Shown: one piece after another, positions 58,522 to 64,000 of the stretch
Layout of the letters: each line of letters opens with the position of its first letter
How positions within the stretch are numbered: position 1 is the first letter of the stretch
Assembly: GCA_038245905.1 (NCBI GenBank)
Contig: JBBRRY010000020.1
Location: 9,006 to 73,005, forward strand
From: Thermoanaerobaculia bacterium
Lineage (GTDB): Bacteria; Acidobacteriota; Thermoanaerobaculia; UBA5066
DNA: 64,000 bases
Reading direction: 5' to 3'
Made by a program: the position numbers and the translations under genes
Notes under the pieces: generated by a model
Seen by the model: the letters and a program-made list of their open reading frames with translations, nothing else
The model's database searches: none
Told to the model about the DNA's origin: nothing

Positions 58522-59448
58522 ATGAAGCACGCCCTCGCCAGTCTCGTTCTCCTCGCGTCCACGTTGCGGGTGTCCGCGGCGGACATGCTCGTGACGCCGG
58601 GCTGGCTCGTCGAGCACCGCGGCGAAAGGAACCTCGTCCTCCTGCACGTGGGCGTGCCGGCCGACTTCGAAAAGGAGCACATCCCCGGCGCGGTCCCCGT
58701 GAATCCGCAGGACCTGGCGATTCCGAGGACCGAGGGCGCGCTCATCCTCCAGCTTCTGCCGCCCGACCAGCTGCGCGCGAAGCTCGAAGGCCTCGGCATC
58801 GGCGACGACTCGCGCGTTATCGTCTACTTCGCGAAGGAATGGGTCTCGCCCTCGACGCGCGTCTACTTCGGCCTCGACGCGGCTGGCCTCGGCGACAGGA
58901 CGTCTATCCTCGACGGCGGCATGCCGGCTTGGAAGGCCGTGGGCGGCGCCGTCGTCTCCTCGGCGGCCGACCCCTCGTCGGCAATCCAGCGCAAGCCCGG
59001 GAAGATCACGGCGAAGCCGCACCCCGAGCTCGTCGCCGATCTCGACTTCGTGAAGGCGAATTTCAACGTGCCTGGCGTCGCGATCGTCGACTCGCGCAAC
59101 ACGAAGTTTTTCGACGGCACGGACCCGGGCACGATGCCCCGCGCCGGCCACATCCCCGGTGCCCACAGCCTGCCCTTCGACACGCTCGTTACCGACGACA
59201 ACCGGATGAAGAGCCGCGACGAGACGGCGAAGATTCTCGAGGCGGCGGGCATAAAGCCCGGCGACACCGTGGTGAGCTATTGCCACATCGGCCAGCAGGC
59301 CACGGTCCTGTACTTCGCGGCGAAGCGCCTCGGTTACAAGGCGCTCCTGTACGACGGCTCATGGGACGAATGGAGCAGGAAGAGCGAGCTCCCGGTCGAG
59401 AAGAGCCCGGCGAAGGCGGAGAAGGCGGAGAAGGCGGAGAAGCCATAG
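58522..59448 (+). CDS. Two-domain rhodanese/sulfurtransferase with signal peptide
   Basis: HIPGAV, LDGG..AW, GHIPGA, active site YCHIGQQA, YDGSWDEW. Confidence 0.92.
   Translation: MKHALASLVLLASTLRVSAADMLVTPGWLVEHRGERNLVLLHVGVPADFEKEHIPGAVPVNPQDLAIPRTEGALILQLLPPDQLRAKLEGLGIGDDSRVIVYFAKEWVSPSTRVYFGLDAAGLGDRTSILDGGMPAWKAVGGAVVSSAADPSSAIQRKPGKITAKPHPELVADLDFVKANFNVPGVAIVDSRNTKFFDGTDPGTMPRAGHIPGAHSLPFDTLVTDDNRMKSRDETAKILEAAGIKPGDTVVSYCHIGQQATVLYFAAKRLGYKALLYDGSWDEWSRKSELPVEKSPAKAEKAEKAEKP
59412..59442 (+). repeat. 9-bp tandem repeat (GAAGGCGGA)x3 encoding a KAE tail
   Basis: Directly visible at the 3' end of the sulfurtransferase gene. Confidence 0.8.
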
Positions 59449-59491
59449 GACCTCGCGAATCTTGCGGAGGCCAGGCCGCTCTCCCAGGCTG

Positions 59492-60586
59492 TCAAGCGGC
59501 GAGACGGCCGCCCGTCTCCGGATCGAAGAGCAGAAGCGCGGCGACATCGGCGTGAAGCGCGAGCGGCGCACCGGACTCGAGCGAATGCGCCGGCGCGACG
59601 CGGGCCGTGACGGCCGTGCCGGGGGCGGCGCCGACGCGTCCGTGGACGATGACCTCGTGGCCGAGCGGCTCGACCATGGCGACACGCACCTCGAGCGGCA
59701 CGCGCCCGGGGCCGGGCTCCTCGTGAAGATGCTCGGGCCGGATGCCCACCACCACGGAGAGGCCGTCGCGTCGGGCCGTGATCGCGCGCAGGGCGGGTGG
59801 GATCGGAAGAACGAATCCGTTGCCGGAAAACACCGTCCCTCCCGGCGCCACGCGAGCCTGCAGCAGGTTGATCGGAGGCGTGCCGAGGAAGCCCGCCACG
59901 AAGAGGTTCCCGGGGTTTCGGTAGACGTCGAGCGGCGCGCCGATTTGTTGGAGAATCCCGTCCCTCAGGATCGCGATCCGGTGGCCCAGGGTCATCGCCT
60001 CGACCTGGTCATGGGTGACGTAGATCGACGTCGTCCGGTACCGCTCCTGGAGCCTCGCGAGCTCGGCCCGCATCTGAACGCGGAGCGCCGCGTCGAGGTT
60101 CGAGAGCGGCTCGTCGAAAAGGAAGAGCGCGGGCCGTCGCACGAGGGCGCGACCGAGCGCGACGCGCTGGCGCTGTCCGCCGGAGAGCTGGCGCGGCGTG
60201 CGGTCGAGATACGGCGAGAGTCCGAGGAACTCCGCCGCGTCGCGGAGCCGGGCATCCGCCTCCTCGCGCGGCACCTTGCGCATCTCGAGGCCGAACGAGA
60301 GATTCTCGCGGACTGTCATGTGTGGGTACAGCGCATAGCTCTGAAAGACCATCGCGATATCCCGGTCGCGTGGGGGGACGCCGTTCACGACGCGGCCGCC
60401 GATCGAGATCGTGCCCTCGGTGGGTTCGTCGAGGCCCGCGATGAGGCGCAGGGCGGTCGACTTTCCGCATCCTGAGGGTCCCACGAGGACGAGGAACTCG
60501 CCGTCCTCGACGTCGAGGTCGAGTCCCGCGAGGACGCGCGTCTCTCCGTACACCTTGCCGACTTTCTCGAGAAGAACCCCGGCCAC
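59492..60586 (-). CDS. Carbohydrate ABC transporter ATPase (MalK/UgpC family)
   Basis: GPSGCGKST, FQSYALYPHM, LSGGQRQRVALGR, DEPLSNLDA and YVTHDQ motifs; TOBE tail. Confidence 0.95.
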   Translation of the reverse strand: MAGVLLEKVGKVYGETRVLAGLDLDVEDGEFLVLVGPSGCGKSTALRLIAGLDEPTEGTISIGGRVVNGVPPRDRDIAMVFQSYALYPHMTVRENLSFGLEMRKVPREEADARLRDAAEFLGLSPYLDRTPRQLSGGQRQRVALGRALVRRPALFLFDEPLSNLDAALRVQMRAELARLQERYRTTSIYVTHDQVEAMTLGHRIAILRDGILQQIGAPLDVYRNPGNLFVAGFLGTPPINLLQARVAPGGTVFSGNGFVLPIPPALRAITARRDGLSVVVGIRPEHLHEEPGPGRVPLEVRVAMVEPLGHEVIVHGRVGAAPGTAVTARVAPAHSLESGAPLALHADVAALLLFDPETGGRLAA

Positions 60587-60692
60587 TCATCCTCCCGCGC
60601 CCGATGTTAGGCCTCTGCCTGTCGCGTTAACGCCGGCCATCCCTCGAGGGCCTCACGATCGCGCTTGACATGGTGACACCGGTCTTTACAGA

Positions 60693-60708
60693 ATGTAAAC
60701 GTTTACAT
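60693..60708. promoter_or_regulatory. LacI-family operator at a sigma-70 promoter
   Basis: Perfect 16-bp palindrome ATGTAAACGTTTACAT with central CG; TTGACA at 60665-60670. Confidence 0.85.
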
Positions 60709-60786
60709 CTGCGAATGCGAGACTCGCGCACGTCCCCAAAGACCCGGCGCCAGGGACCCCGAAAGGGCCGTCAGGAAGCCGGTGCC

Positions 60787-61842
60787 GTGAGCGCGACCAT
60801 TCGCGAGGTCGCGCGGGACGCACGCGTTTCGGTCGCGACGGTCTCCCGCGTCCTCAACGGCAAGGGCCCGGTACGGGAAGTCACGAGCCGCCGCGTCCGT
60901 GCGGCCGTCGACCGGTTGCGCTACGTTCCCCACAGCGGCGCCCGGAGCCTCATCACGAGGCGAACGAACGCGATCGGCGTTCTCCTGCCGGACCTCTTCG
61001 GCGAGTTTTTCTCCGAGGCGATTCGCGGAATCGATCGCGCGGCGCGCGGGGCCGGATATCAGCTTCTCGTGTCGGGCTCTCACGGCGACCGCGCCCAGGC
61101 CGAGACGGCGCTCCGCTCGATGCGGGGCCGCGTGGACGGGCTCGTCGTCATGTCGCCGAACGTCGACGGGCCGACGCTGAGCGCGAATCTCCCCGAGGGC
61201 TGGCCCGTCATACTCCTGAATTGCGCCGTGGACGGGGCGGCGTTCGATTCGATCAACATCGACAACGAGGGCGGCGCCACCGCGATGGTGAAGCATCTCG
61301 CCGGGCTTGGCCATCGTCGCATCGCCCATGTCACCGGCCCGGCCGACAACTGGGACGCGCGCGAACGCTGCCGAGGCTACCGGCGCGCCGTCCTCGCCGG
61401 AGGCGGGGGGGACGCGCGCGAGCTCGAGGTGCCAGGCGACTTCACCGAGGAGTCGGGTTACCGGGCGGCCCGCGTCGTGATCGGGATGCGGCCTCGGCCC
61501 ACGGCGATCTTCGCCGCAAACGATTCCATGGCGATCGGCCTCCTGAGCGCCTTCCAGGAGCAGGGTGTCCGGGTCCCCGGCGATATCGCGGTTGGCGGCT
61601 TCGACGACATCCCGATCGCGCGCTTCATGACGCCGCCCCTGTCCTCTGTCGCTGTCTCGATCGCGGACCTCGGCGCGCGGGCGATGCAGCGGCTGCTTGC
61701 GGCCCTCCGGGATGGGCGCCGCCACGTCCCATGCCATGAAACCCTGCCGACCCGCCTCGTCGCGCGGCGCTCGTCCGGCAGCCGTACCCTGAAACCAACA
61801 CCATCGACTCGTCACTCTCGTACAAGGAGGAAGGATCCATGA
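60787..61842 (+). CDS. LacI-family transcriptional regulator
   Basis: TIREVARDARVSVATVSRVLN HTH; IFAANDSMA; GFDDI; GTG start 60787. Confidence 0.95.
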   Translation: MSATIREVARDARVSVATVSRVLNGKGPVREVTSRRVRAAVDRLRYVPHSGARSLITRRTNAIGVLLPDLFGEFFSEAIRGIDRAARGAGYQLLVSGSHGDRAQAETALRSMRGRVDGLVVMSPNVDGPTLSANLPEGWPVILLNCAVDGAAFDSINIDNEGGATAMVKHLAGLGHRRIAHVTGPADNWDARERCRGYRRAVLAGGGGDARELEVPGDFTEESGYRAARVVIGMRPRPTAIFAANDSMAIGLLSAFQEQGVRVPGDIAVGGFDDIPIARFMTPPLSSVAVSIADLGARAMQRLLAALRDGRRHVPCHETLPTRLVARRSSGSRTLKPTPSTRHSRTRRKDP

Positions 61843-64000
61843 GACATTCCTGGCAACGTCTTCTTTTTCTCGGCGCGCTCTTCGCGTGTCTTCCCGCTCT
61901 CGCACAGAACACGACGGCTCGCCTTCAAGGCGTCACCCGGGATGCGTCGGGGGCGCTGCCCGGCGTGACGGTCACGGCCGTCAACACCGAGAACGGGCTG
62001 CAGCGCTCCACGGTCACGGGAACGGACGGGACTTATGTCCTCATCGTCCCCCCGGGGCCGTACACGGTGACGGCCGGCGGGACGACAGCCTTCGAGGAGC
62101 AGAAGACGACGCTTCGCCTTCAGGTCGGCCAGGTGATCGAGTTCAACTTCGACCTGAAGCCCGGGAAAGTGTCGGCGGCCGTTTCCGTGACCGCCGAGGC
62201 GGTGCCGCAGGTCGAGCTCCGCTCGTCGGAAGTCGCGACGAACGTGTCGCTCGACCAGATCCAGAACCTTCCCCAGTCCACGCGCAACTTCCTGAATTTC
62301 GCGGCCCTCGCCCCCGGCGTGAGGCTCTCGCACGACGAGCTCAGGCAGGAGATCAGCTACGGCGCCCAGGGCGCGACGAACACGAACGTCTTCATCGACG
62401 GGGCCTCCTACAAGAATGACATCCTCCTGGGCGGCGTCGCCGGTGGAGACTCGAGTCGCGGCAACCCATTCCCGCAGAACGCGGTCCAGGAGTTCCGCGT
62501 CATCACGCAGAACTACAAGGCCGAGTACCAGAAGGCCTCGAGCGTCATCATCTCTGCGGTCACGAAGTCGGGCACGAACGACTTCCACGGCGACGCCTTC
62601 GTCTACTACCAGAACAAGAACCTCGTCAGTCAGGACGCGTTCTCCGAGGGGCGCGGCTCGCCGAAGCCCGAATACACGCGCTGGCAGCCCGGCCTGTCGT
62701 TCGGCGGCCCGATCGCGAAGGACAAGGTTTTCTTTTTCGGATCGTACGAGGGCAACTACCAGAACCGCGAATCCGAGGTCTTCCTCGGCTCTAACCAGAA
62801 CTGGCCGACCGCCGTCCGGAACCAGTTCACGTCGTACACCGGGCTCTTCACGAGTCCGTTCCGCGCCACCCTCGGCTTCGGCAAGCTCTCGTTCCTCATG
62901 GGGACGGGCTCGACCCTCGACGTGTCGGGCGATCTGCGGCACGAGACCGACATCCGGGACTTCGGCGGACAAACGAGCTACCAGGCCGCCAACAACATCC
63001 AGAACGACGTCGGAACGATCCGCGCCAAGCACACCGCGCTCCTGGGCGGCCTCCTGAATGAAGCGACCCTCAGCTTTCAGCGCTACAAGTGGAATCCGGT
63101 CCCGCAGGACAACTCCATCATCGGTCAGAATTTCGAAGGACTGATGCAGATTGGGAACTCCAGTTCGACCCAGGAGTTCACCCAGGATCGCTTCGCCGTG
63201 AGGGACGACGTGACGCTGTCGAGCTTTCAGGTTGCGGGCGAGCACGTCCTCAAGGGAGGCGTCACGTTCGATTACCTGAAGTATCACGTGATCAAGAGCC
63301 AGAACGGCAACCCGATTTTCAACTTCCGGGACAGTACGTTCCTCTCCACGCCGGGCGACATGCCGTACAAGGCGTCCATCGGCTCCGGCGATCCCGACCT
63401 GTCGACGAACAACAGGCAGTTCGGCGTCTACATCCAGGACGACTGGCGGATCAACTCCCGCCTGACGGCGAACGTCGGCCTCCGCTGGGATTTCGAAACC
63501 GACGAGCTCAACAACAGCTACGTCACGCCGGCGGCCGTGCGTGCCGGCTTCAGCAATGTCTACTCGTCGGACTACTTCACGGACGGCACGAACCGCCCGG
63601 TCTTCTACGGAGCCGTTCAGCCGCGCGTGGGCCTCTCCTATGACATCACGGGCGACGGCAGGACCGTCGCATACGCAGGTTACGGGAAGTACTACGACCG
63701 GACTCTCTACAACGACACCCTCGACGAGAAGTACCGGCTTCAGTACAGGGTCTCGACGATCTGGTTCTCCAAGGACGGAAGCCCGCAGGACGGGCGCCCC
63801 GCCACCAAGTGGAATCCGAGCTACCTGAGCCTCGCGGGCCTGCAGGCGCTCATCGCCTCCGGCACGACCGATCCGCCCGAGACGTATCTTCTCAACAACA
63901 ACACGAGGCCGCCGTCCTCGGATCAGTGGAGCGCGGGCGTCCGGCACAACTTCGGCGCCTTCACGGCAAGCGTCGGCTACGCTGGCGTCAAGAGCAAGGA
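61839..64000 (+). CDS. TonB-dependent receptor with N-terminal carboxypeptidase-regulatory-like domain (3' truncated; absent from ORF track)
   Basis: ATGA-coupled to lacI; MRHSWQRLLFLGALFACLPALAQ signal; NLPQSTRNFLNFAALAPGV plug; TKSGTNDFHG; YIQDDWRINSRLTANVGLRWD. Confidence 0.92.
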   Translation, partial: MRHSWQRLLFLGALFACLPALAQNTTARLQGVTRDASGALPGVTVTAVNTENGLQRSTVTGTDGTYVLIVPPGPYTVTAGGTTAFEEQKTTLRLQVGQVIEFNFDLKPGKVSAAVSVTAEAVPQVELRSSEVATNVSLDQIQNLPQSTRNFLNFAALAPGVRLSHDELRQEISYGAQGATNTNVFIDGASYKNDILLGGVAGGDSSRGNPFPQNAVQEFRVITQNYKAEYQKASSVIISAVTKSGTNDFHGDAFVYYQNKNLVSQDAFSEGRGSPKPEYTRWQPGLSFGGPIAKDKVFFFGSYEGNYQNRESEVFLGSNQNWPTAVRNQFTSYTGLFTSPFRATLGFGKLSFLMGTGSTLDVSGDLRHETDIRDFGGQTSYQAANNIQNDVGTIRAKHTALLGGLLNEATLSFQRYKWNPVPQDNSIIGQNFEGLMQIGNSSSTQEFTQDRFAVRDDVTLSSFQVAGEHVLKGGVTFDYLKYHVIKSQNGNPIFNFRDSTFLSTPGDMPYKASIGSGDPDLSTNNRQFGVYIQDDWRINSRLTANVGLRWDFETDELNNSYVTPAAVRAGFSNVYSSDYFTDGTNRPVFYGAVQPRVGLSYDITGDGRTVAYAGYGKYYDRTLYNDTLDEKYRLQYRVSTIWFSKDGSPQDGRPATKWNPSYLSLAGLQALIASGTTDPPETYLLNNNTRPPSSDQWSAGVRHNFGAFTASVGYAGVKSK

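Noticed and set aside
1-64000. CRISPR arrays, tRNA/rRNA genes, transposases, integrases and prophage genes
   Set aside because: No regularly spaced repeats, cloverleaf sequences or mobile-element motifs were recognised by eye; a covariance-model scan would be needed to exclude small RNAs.

Overview
GC-rich bacterial chromosomal window with about 50 genes, read by eye without database searches. The gene repertoire (several Hanks-type kinase-TPR or propeller proteins, large secreted proteins with a repeated C-terminal module, a carboxypeptidase-regulatory-domain TonB-dependent receptor) suggests Acidobacteriota, possibly Thermoanaerobaculia; this is an inference. I found no rRNA, tRNA, CRISPR array or transposase. 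Both edge genes are truncated: a kinase-propeller protein at the left and a TonB-dependent receptor at the right. Most interesting: (1) an ECF sigma factor, a cytoplasmic zinc-finger/TPR anti-sigma factor and an unannotated 39-aa peptide gene (20697-22902) that together look like a peptide-signalling circuit; (2) an exported thioredoxin-TPR protein split in the ORF track by an in-frame UGA at the first Cys of WCxxC and followed by a long hairpin, i.e. a probable selenoprotein (53812-55155); (3) two copies of a kinase-TPR plus small 'EP...DP' protein module; (4) five copies of an uncharacterised ~230-aa C-terminal module in three secreted proteins.
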